64,000 nucleotides of DNA from Ignavibacteriota bacterium. GTDB lineage: Bacteria; Bacteroidota; Ignavibacteria; UBA10030; UBA6906. The translations under genes and the position numbers were made by a program. The notes beneath the pieces were generated by a model that was given only the letters and a program-made list of their open reading frames with translations, searched no databases and was not told the origin of the DNA. Positions 8,516 through 18,169 of the stretch are shown in pieces (positions within the stretch are counted from its first letter, which is position 1; each line of letters starts with the position of its first letter). The stretch spans positions 1,568,001 through 1,632,000 of the forward strand of contig CAWDEM010000008.1 in assembly GCA_963801355.1 (NCBI GenBank), in the 5' to 3' direction.

Positions 8516-9921
8516 TAGAAATAGGGCCGCTTCGAAAATACCGCCCCTACCTCCTCCTCAACAAACTTGCGGGCACGGGCTTCGTCCACTTCCTGCAGGT
8601 CAACAATCGTCATGACCACGCGGGGAAGCAGTCGTACGGCTTCCTTCGCGAATTCGACCATCGCGGGGAAGTAACGCGCGCCATCCAGCCGCATGAGTGC
8701 GCCATACTGCAGGGGGTCGGTGGAGTTCAGGCTGATGGAGACCGCGTCAATCAACCCCACCAGCTCCGGAACAATGTTCCGCTTGTTGATGATGTTGCCG
8801 TGACCGTCGGTGTTCACCCGCGTGCGACCACCCCGGTCTTTCACCCACCGCGCAACCTCCTTGAGCGCATCCAGTCGGATGGTCGGCTCACCGTAACCGC
8901 AGAAGACAATCTCACTATACCGCGTCGGGTCGCCTATTTCCGCGATGACTTCCTCCGCGGACGGTTCCCGGTCAATCTTCAAATTGTGACCCTTGACAAC
9001 GGCCTCCCCCTTGCGGTCACAGAAGACGCAATCCGCGTTGCATCTGATGGTGAGATTGATGTACAGAGAGTTTTTCAGCTCGTAGGTAATGCGCGGAGGA
9101 GGAACCTGACCAATGCCAAACAACCTGTAAACTCCGTAGTTGGCCGACCTGGTGATATCTTCCACTTCGAGATGCTGGAGTTCTGCAATCCGCGCGGCTA
9201 TCAAAGGAAGATGTGCAGGTTCATTGCGCTTGCCCCTGTGGGGGACGGGTGCAAGATACGGGCTGTCGGTCTCGAGAAGCTGGTGTTCTGTGGAGACCCC
9301 TGCAGCCACTTCTGCGGCTGAGCCCGGTTTTTTAAACGTGACGATTCCCGCCAGGGAAAGATAGAAACCCATTCCCACAAGCCGCCACGCCGTGGCTACG
9401 TCGCCGGGATAGCAGTGAAACACGCCGCGCGCCGGTGAAGAGCGTCCGCCGGTGCCTCGCGCGCCGTTTCTCCAGCCGGGGGACCGCTCGATCTCGCGAG
9501 CGACCATGGCGATCGTGTCATCAAGGGACTCGCGTGTGTGAACGATCACGGGCAGATTTCTGCGGGCAGCAATTTCAAGCTGCGCTGTCAGTACATCCTG
9601 CTGCACCTCGCGTGGCGAGAAGTCGTAGTGATAGTCCAGACCGATTTCGCCAATGGCTACCACTTTCGGGTGGCCGGAAAGATCTTCGATGTCACGGAGG
9701 AGGGCGGGCGTCGCATGGCGTGCTTCGTGCGGATGGATCCCCACTGCGGCATACACCATGGGATGGCGGTCGGCAAGCTCGACGGCCCGCCGGCTGTCGT
9801 CGAGGTTGGTGCCGGGGTTGATGATGAATCCCACGCCCGCGTCGCGCGCGCGCTCGAGCACGGCCTCCCGGTCAGTGTCGAACTCGGTTGACGTCAGGTG
9901 TGCGTGCGTGTCAATGAACAT
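8515..9921 (-). CDS. tatD: TatD-family hydrolase fused to a TatD-associated radical SAM domain
   Basis: N-terminal part has DTHAHL, GIHPH, IGEIGLDY and ETDSPYLAP. C-terminal ~200 aa has LYINLTIRCNADCVFC (CxxxCxxC), FCGYGEP and NTDG. Confidence 0.93.
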   Translation of the reverse strand: MFIDTHAHLTSTEFDTDREAVLERARDAGVGFIINPGTNLDDSRRAVELADRHPMVYAAVGIHPHEARHATPALLRDIEDLSGHPKVVAIGEIGLDYHYDFSPREVQQDVLTAQLEIAARRNLPVIVHTRESLDDTIAMVAREIERSPGWRNGARGTGGRSSPARGVFHCYPGDVATAWRLVGMGFYLSLAGIVTFKKPGSAAEVAAGVSTEHQLLETDSPYLAPVPHRGKRNEPAHLPLIAARIAELQHLEVEDITRSANYGVYRLFGIGQVPPPRITYELKNSLYINLTIRCNADCVFCDRKGEAVVKGHNLKIDREPSAEEVIAEIGDPTRYSEIVFCGYGEPTIRLDALKEVARWVKDRGGRTRVNTDGHGNIINKRNIVPELVGLIDAVSISLNSTDPLQYGALMRLDGARYFPAMVEFAKEAVRLLPRVVMTIVDLQEVDEARARKFVEEEVGAVFSKRPYF

Positions 9922-9942
9922 GCATGTGTTCCGTTCAGTCCC

Positions 9943-12021
9943 TTACTTCACGATGCTGCCGCTGGGGATATCACCCGCAGGAGTCAGGATGAGAAGATGC
10001 CCGGCAGTATCCGACGCCGCGAGAAGCATCCCCTGCGACTCCTGCCCCATCAATTTTGCCGGCTGCAGATTGAACACCATCACGATCGACTTTCCGATCA
10101 GCGATTCGGGGGCGTAGTGCTGTGCGATGCCCGCGATGATCTGCCGGCGTTCGGTGCCGACTTCAACCTGGAGTTTCAGGAGTTTCTCCGACTTCTGGAC
10201 TTTTTCCGCCGCGACGATGGTTGCAACGCGCAGGTCCAGCCTGGCAAAATCATCGTAGGTGACTGCCGGCTTCGCCGGTGGCGGAGGCGGCACCGCGGCC
10301 GCGGGGGCCGGTGCGGCGGGAGTTCTCAGAGACTTCAATTCCTCTTCGATCGTTGTATCCTCGATTTTTGTAAAAAGGATCTCCGCCTTGCCAATCGGAT
10401 GGCCGCTGTGCAGGGCCAGATCCGACGCGCTTTGCCACGATTGGTCTTCAACCCTGCCCGGGAGCTGCAGCATCGCCCACAGTTGTCCGGAGGAGTGCGG
10501 TACCACCGGGTACATCAGGATTGCCAGTGCCCTGGTCACCTGCAGACAGAGATTGATGGTTGTTCCGCAGCGGGCCGGATCGGACTTTGCAGTCTTCCAG
10601 GGTTCGCTATCGTTGAAATACTTGTTCGCCGCACGCGCGAGATTCATCACCTCCGTAATGGCGTCACGGAAGCGGTACTGGTCGAAGCATGCAGCGGATG
10701 CCGGGGGGGTCCGGCGGAGCACGGCGAGGATGGTGTCGTCCAGGGAGTTGAGTTCTCCGCGGGCCGGGACGGAGTTCCCGAACGTGCGGCCGCAGAACGC
10801 CAGCGTGCGATTGACAAAATTCCCGTAAATATCCGCAAGCTCGCTGTTGTTCTTCGCCTGGAATTCCTTCCAGAAGAAATCCGAGTCATGGGATTCCGGG
10901 AGAGTCATTCCCAGATAATACCGCAAGGGGTCGGCCGGGTAACGCGACAGGAAGTCCTCCACGTCGATGCCCCATCCCCTGCTCTTCGAAAACTTCTGTC
11001 CCTCGAAATTCAGGAACTCATTCGCGGGGACATTGTCCGGCAGGACGTATTTCTCGTCGTGCACGTCATTCCACGCCATCAGCATGGCAGGAAAGACGAT
11101 GCAATGGAAGACGATATTGTCTTTGCCGATGAATGCCACGTACTTCGTGTCGGGTGCAAGCCAGTACCGGCGCCACTCATCCGGCGTCCCCCGCAGCAAG
11201 GCCCATTCCTTCCCGGACGAAATGTAGCCGAGGACTGCATCGAACCAGACATAGAGGACTTTGTTTTCGTAACCTTCCAGCGGGACCTTCACACCCCAGT
11301 CCAGATCGCGCGTCACAGCGCGGTCCTGAAGGCCGGTGGCGAACCATCCGCGGCAATAGTTCAGCACATTCTCCCGCCATGTTTCGACGCTGCTTTTCTT
11401 GCGGATATACGCTTCAAGGCGTGCCTGGTATTCGCCGAGGGGGAAGTACCAGTGTGTCGTCTGGCGGACTTCCGGGGTTTCCCCGGTGATTTTGCTGCGG
11501 GGCGCGATCAGCTGCAGCGGGCTGAGGTACGTGCCGCATTTCTCGCACTGATCGCCGCGGGCATCGGGATTGCCGCAGACGGGGCAGATCCCCTCGACGT
11601 ACCGGTCAGGAAGGAACTTGCGCGCCTTTGCATCGAAAAATTGCTGCTCCTGTTTTTCACGGAGTATCCCGCGGTCGTGAAAGTCGGTGAAGAATTCCCG
11701 GGCAGTGTCGTGGTGCAGCGGCAGTGACGTGCGCGAATAATTGTCGAAACTCATACCGAACCGCTCGAAGGCCGCTTTGTTGCGCTGATGGAAGCGGTCC
11801 ACGACCGTCTGGGGAGAGACGCCTTCCTTGTCGGCCGTAATGGTGATGGGGACGCCGTGCTCGTCCGACCCGCAGAGAAACAGCACATCCCGATGCTGCA
11901 TGCGCTGGAAGCGGACATACAGGTCCGCCGGAAGATACGCTCCGGCCAGGTGGCCGAGATGGATCGGTCCGTTCGCGTACGGCAGTGCCGCAGTGACCAG
12001 GATCCGCTTGTGTTGACTCAT
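9943..12021 (-). CDS. metG: Methionine--tRNA ligase with C-terminal tRNA-binding domain
   Basis: ALPYANGPIHLGH, zinc knuckle CPVC...CEKC, YVWFDA and KFSKS motifs; Pro/Ala linker and EMAPII-like domain. Confidence 0.98.
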   Translation of the reverse strand: MSQHKRILVTAALPYANGPIHLGHLAGAYLPADLYVRFQRMQHRDVLFLCGSDEHGVPITITADKEGVSPQTVVDRFHQRNKAAFERFGMSFDNYSRTSLPLHHDTAREFFTDFHDRGILREKQEQQFFDAKARKFLPDRYVEGICPVCGNPDARGDQCEKCGTYLSPLQLIAPRSKITGETPEVRQTTHWYFPLGEYQARLEAYIRKKSSVETWRENVLNYCRGWFATGLQDRAVTRDLDWGVKVPLEGYENKVLYVWFDAVLGYISSGKEWALLRGTPDEWRRYWLAPDTKYVAFIGKDNIVFHCIVFPAMLMAWNDVHDEKYVLPDNVPANEFLNFEGQKFSKSRGWGIDVEDFLSRYPADPLRYYLGMTLPESHDSDFFWKEFQAKNNSELADIYGNFVNRTLAFCGRTFGNSVPARGELNSLDDTILAVLRRTPPASAACFDQYRFRDAITEVMNLARAANKYFNDSEPWKTAKSDPARCGTTINLCLQVTRALAILMYPVVPHSSGQLWAMLQLPGRVEDQSWQSASDLALHSGHPIGKAEILFTKIEDTTIEEELKSLRTPAAPAPAAAVPPPPPAKPAVTYDDFARLDLRVATIVAAEKVQKSEKLLKLQVEVGTERRQIIAGIAQHYAPESLIGKSIVMVFNLQPAKLMGQESQGMLLAASDTAGHLLILTPAGDIPSGSIVK

Positions 12022-12028
12022 GAGCGAC

Positions 12029-13159
12029 TCACAGGATATGTGTTTTCAACCTCCCGGCAAGTGCATACAAAACGAGAGTAATGTACACATTTCTGTCTAC
12101 AAGGGAAATCGCGTACTCGAGGTCCGCCATCACCGCGCCCAGGTTGGCGCGGGGGAACCTGGCGACAAACTTTTCGAGGCGATCGGACTGGTCGAGATTG
12201 ATCACCGACCCGCCGCGCCCCATGACCATCGCATCCCGGATCCAGATCAGCGTCAGGTGAAGAAATCGCACCACGCGGTCGCGATCGCGCCCTGCGGTGA
12301 TCCGCTCGATGATTTCACCCACATCGATGTGCCGGTGGCCCAGGGTATTGCTGATGAAGTCGACCACATCGATGCGTTCCTGCACCAGATCCTTCTCGAG
12401 GAGTTCGAGCGCCCAACTGTAGCTGCCGTCCGACAAACGGGCAACCAGCCGTGCCTGCGCCGCGTCGACGTGCTTTCGTTCCATCAGTGCGGCCTGGATC
12501 TGCGGCTCCGTGATGGGGTCGAAGCGCACCTGCTGGCAACGTGAGACGATGGTCTGGAGTAATGCTTCGCGGCGCGCTGTGGTAAGGATGAACATAGTTT
12601 GCGGCGGCGGCTCCTCGAGAGTCTTGAGTAGCATATTCGCCGGAGCCGGACCCATTTCATCCGCGTTGGAGATCACGTAGACGCGCCGGAGTCCATCCGG
12701 TGATGAGAGCGGGACTTCTCGCCGGATATCGCGGATACTGTTGATCTTGATGCCGCTGGCGCGCGGGATGGAAATTGCGAAATAGGGGTCAGCCCCCTTC
12801 CGGACGAGCTGCGCGCGGATCTCCTCCAGGTCATCGGACGTCAGTTTCTCCAACGGTCCATCATCGCTGTCTTCATTCTTCCCTACCGGCAGGGCCATCA
12901 CGAAACGGACGTCAGGGTGCTGCAGCGAATCCATCCTGGCGCATGACCTGCAGGTGCCACAGGCGGTATCGCCGCCCCTTTCGCAATGGATCAAGCGGGC
13001 GAGTTCCAGAGCCGTGGCATCTTTCCCGACTCCTTCCGGGCCATAGAAGAGGTAGGCATGGGCGAGACGTCCGCTCCGCACGGCGCTGAGAAGCAAGGTC
13101 TTGACGCGTGCCTGACCGATAACCCGTGGCCACAATGCGGAGGAAGTGTCAGAAGGCAT
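12029..13159 (-). CDS. holB: DNA polymerase III subunit delta'
   Basis: AHAYLFYGPEGVGK, C4 zinc module, HPDV, ANMLLKTLEEPP and TIVSRC motifs. Confidence 0.93.
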   Translation of the reverse strand: MPSDTSSALWPRVIGQARVKTLLLSAVRSGRLAHAYLFYGPEGVGKDATALELARLIHCERGGDTACGTCRSCARMDSLQHPDVRFVMALPVGKNEDSDDGPLEKLTSDDLEEIRAQLVRKGADPYFAISIPRASGIKINSIRDIRREVPLSSPDGLRRVYVISNADEMGPAPANMLLKTLEEPPPQTMFILTTARREALLQTIVSRCQQVRFDPITEPQIQAALMERKHVDAAQARLVARLSDGSYSWALELLEKDLVQERIDVVDFISNTLGHRHIDVGEIIERITAGRDRDRVVRFLHLTLIWIRDAMVMGRGGSVINLDQSDRLEKFVARFPRANLGAVMADLEYAISLVDRNVYITLVLYALAGRLKTHIL

Positions 13160-15326
13160 GGCCGATCCCGAAATGGAACACCCCGTCGCTGAAGGTCTCG
13201 CCGATCAGCCGGCGCTGCGTGATCCATTGATGTCCGCTGGCTTCCGCGGGATTGTAGATGCGAATGCCCCAGTCAAGGCGGAAGGGACCGAACGGCGTTT
13301 CGTAGCGGATGCCTATTCCCGTGGCCATTGCCACCGATTTGAAGCGGAAGTCCTTCAGATCACCCCAGACGTTGCCGACATCCAGGAACGTCACGATCCA
13401 CATTTTGTCGAGGAGGCCGTCACGCAGGCTCTGCAGCACATTGATCCGCGCTTCGAGGCTGGCTTCGAGAGAGAGATTCCCGCCCAGTTCCGGAGTGCCG
13501 GAGGCAATGAGGTCGCGGGACGCCCATCCCCTGATACTGTTGCCTCCTCCGGCATAGAAGCGGTGGGTCTGGGGAATATTCCGGCTGGAATCGCCGCGGC
13601 TCTCGCCGTATTTCTCTTCGATACCTGCTTTGAGTTTGCTGGCGAGGATCAGGAAGCGGTGATCGGACCGGTCGGCATACCATCTCCCGACGACCATGGC
13701 GCGAACGAACTGCGTGAACGGAAGGGTCGAAAAGAGATTGCGCATCGCGAGCGGGAGCGCTCCGGCTTCTTCAATGGTGGCCGCATGCACAAATCCTTCC
13801 GTGGGCGAAAAAAGGTCATTCGTCTTGTCGCGCGTAAGTGTAAACGACAGGATCGAGTTGAACTGCCGCTCTTGCAGGTAACTCAGTTGCCGTCTGATTT
13901 CGGGGTTTTCCTGGAACGCCAGGAAATTGTCATTCTTCCGCAGATCGATATTCTCGAGTGTCCATTCCAGGACGCCGCTGGTGAACTCCGCATATCTTCC
14001 CGTGAATCCCAGTCTGTTCCTGAAGATGTACTGGAGGTACGGCTTCTGTTTGTCGAGGATATAGGAAAATGACCATGTGCCCTTGACACGGTTGGTGAAG
14101 ACGTATGGCTGCACCAACTCGAAGGTCAGGTCCAGGTTGGACACCGCCTTGTCGTCGACCTTGAAGTAGTCGGGGAACCTGCCGATGGTCTGGGTCTGGA
14201 ACCGGATGCGGGGATTGAACATCCGGGCTCCGCCGAAGAAGTTCCTGTTGGTGTAGCCGAGGCCCGCGCCGATATTGAACGCGCCGTCCTGATCGCTGAC
14301 CAGCAGTTCCGGGGCCAGTTCGTGCTTGTTGCGGGGGCGGATGGTCACACGAGTGGGCACGACGATCGAGGAATCAGCGGGCGCCGGGACGAACGTCTCG
14401 ATGCGGCGGAGATCAAAAATCCCGAGGCTGTTCAGACTGTGTTCACTGCTGATCCGGCTGGCCAGGCTGTAAAAATCTCCGGGCTCATAGTCCATCTGTC
14501 GCACGACGATTTCGTCGGTGATATCCACGTGTTCCTGTTCACCGCGAAGGGAGTCGATCTCCTGCCGCACGGTAATCGGACCGAAGACATAGCGGCGGCC
14601 GGGATGGAACAGGAGGCGGATGATGTAGTTCTTCGTGCTGACATACCGCCGTGAGTACGAACTGTCCGGGTCACGGACGAACTCGGCGTTGGGAAATCCA
14701 TTGTTCGCGAAGACCGTCAGGACGCGCCGGACCTCGTCATCCACGAGTTGTGTGTTGAACGGATCGCCGGCATAGATGAGCGGGCCGCTGCGGATGTCCT
14801 CCCACACGGTTTCCGGGAAGTCCACGATCCCCTTGTACATCACCTGCTGGATAATCGACCGGTACCCCTCCGTGATGCGGATGGTGAGGTCGACCGTTCC
14901 CTTTTCGCGGTCGAACAGCATTGCCGTATCGACGCGCACTTCCGAGAATCCCCGGTTCTCGAAAAACTTGCGCAGCCGTTCGGCATCGCCGGAGAACATG
15001 ACCGCACTAAAAAACTCGTCCTTGCGGCCAAGCCGTTCACTGATGTTGCGGTAGAGGAACTTGTTGAAGGATCCGGGGGTTTCCCGGGTGGTCATCTGCG
15101 CCCGGAGTTCACTTGTGGTGAACGTTGAGGAGCCTTCGAAGGTGATCGAGGTGATTTCGAATTGGGCCGGCGGCGCGGGCTGCGCGTGCAGGGATGCTGC
15201 CGCCAGGATGATGGCGACGAGGGTGGCTTCCCGCGGTCCGCGCCGGCGGACACGGTGAAGCAGAAAGCGGATCGCGTTAGGGACGCACACGAGCCCGGAA
15301 TGAAGAGTGATGGTATGGTGAAGCAA
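13149..15326 (-). CDS. BamA/TamA (Omp85) family outer membrane protein; start uncertain
   Basis: POTRA-like repeats, RFYAGGGNSIRGW, and C-terminal GIRYETPFGPFRLDWG...FHFGIGHAF. Confidence 0.9.
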   Translation of the reverse strand: MLHHTITLHSGLVCVPNAIRFLLHRVRRRGPREATLVAIILAAASLHAQPAPPAQFEITSITFEGSSTFTTSELRAQMTTRETPGSFNKFLYRNISERLGRKDEFFSAVMFSGDAERLRKFFENRGFSEVRVDTAMLFDREKGTVDLTIRITEGYRSIIQQVMYKGIVDFPETVWEDIRSGPLIYAGDPFNTQLVDDEVRRVLTVFANNGFPNAEFVRDPDSSYSRRYVSTKNYIIRLLFHPGRRYVFGPITVRQEIDSLRGEQEHVDITDEIVVRQMDYEPGDFYSLASRISSEHSLNSLGIFDLRRIETFVPAPADSSIVVPTRVTIRPRNKHELAPELLVSDQDGAFNIGAGLGYTNRNFFGGARMFNPRIRFQTQTIGRFPDYFKVDDKAVSNLDLTFELVQPYVFTNRVKGTWSFSYILDKQKPYLQYIFRNRLGFTGRYAEFTSGVLEWTLENIDLRKNDNFLAFQENPEIRRQLSYLQERQFNSILSFTLTRDKTNDLFSPTEGFVHAATIEEAGALPLAMRNLFSTLPFTQFVRAMVVGRWYADRSDHRFLILASKLKAGIEEKYGESRGDSSRNIPQTHRFYAGGGNSIRGWASRDLIASGTPELGGNLSLEASLEARINVLQSLRDGLLDKMWIVTFLDVGNVWGDLKDFRFKSVAMATGIGIRYETPFGPFRLDWGIRIYNPAEASGHQWITQRRLIGETFSDGVFHFGIGHAF

Positions 15327-15351
15327 AAAACCCAGCCTGAGGGCTGGGTTT
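15325..15351 (-). terminator. Rho-independent terminator downstream of the DUF2795 gene
   Basis: Minus strand AAACCCAGCC-CTCA-GGCTGGG-TTTTTT. Confidence 0.8.
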
Positions 15352-15394
15352 GTATACTAACAAATTCCGATATGATAAGCAACGGCGCGGGTAT

Positions 15395-15619
15395 TCAGTA
15401 TTCGCCTTCATCTTCATAGAAGAAATCTTCCCCGGTGGGATAGTCGGGCCAGATGTCCTCCATACTCTCGTAGGGTTCTTCCCCGTCTTCAAGCTCTTGC
15501 AAGTTATCGACGACCTCGATAGGCGCGCCGGTGCGGATGGCATAGTCGATGAGCTCCTCTTTGGTCGCCGGCCACGGGGCGTCGTCCAAGTAGGATGCCA
15601 GCTCCATCGTCCATATCAC
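15395..15619 (-). CDS. DUF2795 family small acidic protein
   Basis: WTMELASYLDDAPWPATKEELIDYAIRTGAP matches the conserved Bacteroidota/Chlorobi family; GAGG SD before GTG. Confidence 0.9.
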   Translation of the reverse strand: MIWTMELASYLDDAPWPATKEELIDYAIRTGAPIEVVDNLQELEDGEEPYESMEDIWPDYPTGEDFFYEDEGEY

Positions 15620-15640
15620 GTGATCACCTCTTGAATATCA

Positions 15641-16615
15641 TCATTGCTGAACAGAGTTCGCCTGGGCATGGGCAAGCAGGGCACGATAGCGGGCTGCGTC
15701 GACGTCATCGAAGAAATAGTCAACGGGATTCTGGCTCACTCCGTTGCGCCGCACCTCATAGTGCAAATGGGGTCCGCTGACGAGGCCCGTGCGCCCGCAC
15801 CGCCCGATCAATTCTCCGCGCTTCACGCTCTTGCCGGTCGGCACGAGCACCTGGGAAAGATGCCCGTACAACGAGGTGATGCCATACCCGTGGTCGAGTT
15901 CGACATGGATACCGAGGCCACCCTGTGTTCTGCCGGAGAACCGCACCACTCCGTCAGCCGCTGCGTACACATCGGCGCCGACGTCATTGATGATATCCAC
16001 ACCGTAGTGCATGCGGTACACATGGAGGACCGGATGGAGGCGCATGCCGAATCCGTTGATTGAGTAGGGTCCCGCCATTGGCTTGATGGCCGGCAGATGT
16101 GCGAAGAAGCTCTTGTTGTACTGTAGGCGGGTTTGAATCTCTTCGTAGCTTTGCTGCTGGAGCCGCACTTCGCGTGCGAGGCGGTCGATCAGCTTCTGTG
16201 ACTCTGCAAGCAGGGTGCCGGCCTCCCCGGTGAGGAACGCCGACGTGGAGGGTTCACGTGTACCGCCGATGGATGCAGATCGCGTGTCATCATCGATCCG
16301 GCGCAGGTCCACACTGACGCGGAGTTCGTTGCCCCGTTCCGCCAGCCCTTCCAGGGTTCTCTGGACGACCAGCATTTTGCGACCCATTTCGCGGACCTGA
16401 TCTTTCAGGATCCGGTTTTCCGTGGTCAGCAAGGACTTCTCGCCATAGCCGAGCCCGATAACGTCGTCGAGCAGAAGGTTGCCCAGGAGCAACAGGCCCA
16501 GGAGCCCCAATCCGAGAGCCAACCCGGAAGCGACAAGTTTGGTCTTGAAAAAGCGAACTTCGCGAAGGTCAAGCGAAGAGCTTCTAAAGACGAAGAATCT
16601 CGATTTGCGGGACAT
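15641..16615 (-). CDS. M23 family metallopeptidase (peptidoglycan endopeptidase)
   Basis: TM anchor, coiled coil, HYGVD (HxxxD) and GPHLHYEV (HxH); AAGGAGG SD. Confidence 0.93.
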   Translation of the reverse strand: MSRKSRFFVFRSSSLDLREVRFFKTKLVASGLALGLGLLGLLLLGNLLLDDVIGLGYGEKSLLTTENRILKDQVREMGRKMLVVQRTLEGLAERGNELRVSVDLRRIDDDTRSASIGGTREPSTSAFLTGEAGTLLAESQKLIDRLAREVRLQQQSYEEIQTRLQYNKSFFAHLPAIKPMAGPYSINGFGMRLHPVLHVYRMHYGVDIINDVGADVYAAADGVVRFSGRTQGGLGIHVELDHGYGITSLYGHLSQVLVPTGKSVKRGELIGRCGRTGLVSGPHLHYEVRRNGVSQNPVDYFFDDVDAARYRALLAHAQANSVQQ

Positions 16616-16754
16616 CCGTACCTCCTTTAGTATCAGCAGCGACCCGATGAGCGGATTGCAAACGCCATGCCATGGACATATGATGGTCGAAATCCCCGTC
16701 CAACGCCTGCATCACCAACGCCCACCAGAGGAGGGTTTCTGCAAAAGCGACGGA

Positions 16755-16783
16755 AAAGTAAAGAATATTCACAGGAGTGTCAA
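16755..16783 (-). promoter_or_regulatory. Sigma70-type promoter for the M23 gene
   Basis: TTGACA-N17-TACTTT on the minus strand. Confidence 0.65.
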
Positions 16784-16801
16784 GGAAAAACTTCCTGTTT
16801 T

Positions 16802-17809
16802 TTACTCAAAATCGTGCTCAAAATAGTTGATTGCGCGGTTTCCTTGCCCTTTTTGCTCGATCATACCCTCCAGGCGCTTGGCCAGGACCTTGGCGGCATC
16901 ATAGCCGTAGTGCCGGAGAAGGTAATTCAGCGAAATGACCTCGGTTATGACGGTAACATTTTTACCGGGAAATATGGGAAGGCGGACAAGCGGGATATCC
17001 ACATCAAGAATCGAAAACTCCGAATTGTCAAGGCCTGTGCGTGTGTACTCATCATTCTCCCGCCAATCCTCCAACTCGACGATGATTTCCACGCGTTTCT
17101 GATACCGGATGGCACGGATGCCGAACATACTCCGGACATCGATCAATCCGAGCCCCCGCACCTCCATGAAATGTTTTACCAGATCCGTCCCCGCACCGAT
17201 GAGAATTCCCTCCCCCTTGCGGGTGATCATCACCACATCGTCCGCCACGAGCCTGTGGCCTCGTTCCACGAGATCGAGGGCGATTTCGCTCTTGCCGATA
17301 CCGGAGCGCCCCGCGAGAAGTACTCCGACACCGTAGACATCGACCAGCGAACCGTGCACCACGACTTGCGGGGCAAATTGGTCGTCGAGGAAGTCAGCCA
17401 GGAAGTACGAGATCTTTGTCGTGCTGAATTCCGTCGCGAACACGGAGATGTTCTTTGCCGCTGCAGCGTCGAGAAGGTCTTTCTCAAGCCTGTTCCCGTT
17501 TGTGAGCACGATGCAGGGAATGTCAAATTCGAGCAGTGACACAAACGCATTCCGGCGCTGCTCACCGTCCAGCGAGTTCAGATACCGGATCTCGGTATTG
17601 CCCATAATCTGCACCCGGTCAAAGGTGAACAGCCCCCGGTAGCCGGCGAGGGCAAGTCCGGGCCGGTGCAGGTTTTTGTCTTTTATATCGTTGCCGAACC
17701 CGCTCTCCCCGTTCAGGCTTTCCAGTTTGAAGCGGTCTTTTGTCGCCTCATAGAAGAATCCGACTTTGATGCTCCGCTTCCGTGTCTCGCTGCTCGGATC
17801 CAGCTTCAT
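16802..17809 (-). CDS. hprK: HPr(Ser) kinase/phosphorylase
   Basis: RPGLALAG, Walker A GRSGIGKSE, LVADD and MEVRGLGLID motifs. Confidence 0.96.
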   Translation of the reverse strand: MKLDPSSETRKRSIKVGFFYEATKDRFKLESLNGESGFGNDIKDKNLHRPGLALAGYRGLFTFDRVQIMGNTEIRYLNSLDGEQRRNAFVSLLEFDIPCIVLTNGNRLEKDLLDAAAAKNISVFATEFSTTKISYFLADFLDDQFAPQVVVHGSLVDVYGVGVLLAGRSGIGKSEIALDLVERGHRLVADDVVMITRKGEGILIGAGTDLVKHFMEVRGLGLIDVRSMFGIRAIRYQKRVEIIVELEDWRENDEYTRTGLDNSEFSILDVDIPLVRLPIFPGKNVTVITEVISLNYLLRHYGYDAAKVLAKRLEGMIEQKGQGNRAINYFEHDFE

Positions 17810-18138
17810 ACTTTCTCCCTGATCGTTCGCACCTTTCCTTTGTCCTTCGCACGCAGTTTGTTCTTGTACTTCTGAAGTTGCAGCATCACCTTTTCGGAAG
17901 CCAGATCAATCGACTTGTCGAAGTCCTCTGTTTCGGCTGAGGCGTTCAGGATTCCTCCGTACACCTGAAGATTGATTTCGGCGCGTTTCACACTGTTCGT
18001 CGCTCGTTCAAAGCTCAGAATCACCGTTGCACCCACGATGCCATCGTAATACTTCCCCAGCTTTTTCACGGTCTCCTGCGCATGTGCTTTCAGATCGGCA
18101 TGAGGCCGGAAATGGCGCGCGGTGAGTTTAATGTTCAT
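17806..18138 (-). CDS. hpf: Ribosome hibernation promoting factor (HPF/RaiA, short form)
   Basis: GGAGG SD then MNIKLTARHF...DFDKSIDLASEKVMLQLQKYKNK; its stop overlaps the hprK start (ATGA). Confidence 0.92.
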   Translation of the reverse strand: MNIKLTARHFRPHADLKAHAQETVKKLGKYYDGIVGATVILSFERATNSVKRAEINLQVYGGILNASAETEDFDKSIDLASEKVMLQLQKYKNKLRAKDKGKVRTIREKV

Positions 18139-18169
18139 GGTCTGCCTCCATTGAGTGTCACGACTGTCA

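Noticed and set aside
15354-15382. TTGCTT-N17-TAGTAT promoter-like sequence upstream of the BamA/TamA gene
   Set aside because: The predicted start would fall at the terminator hairpin and the gene start is uncertain, so support is too weak to call.
16616-16750. Possible c-di-AMP or c-di-GMP riboswitch in the ~130-nt leader of the M23 gene
   Set aside because: No ydaO or GEMM consensus elements were recognisable by eye; an Rfam scan would be needed.
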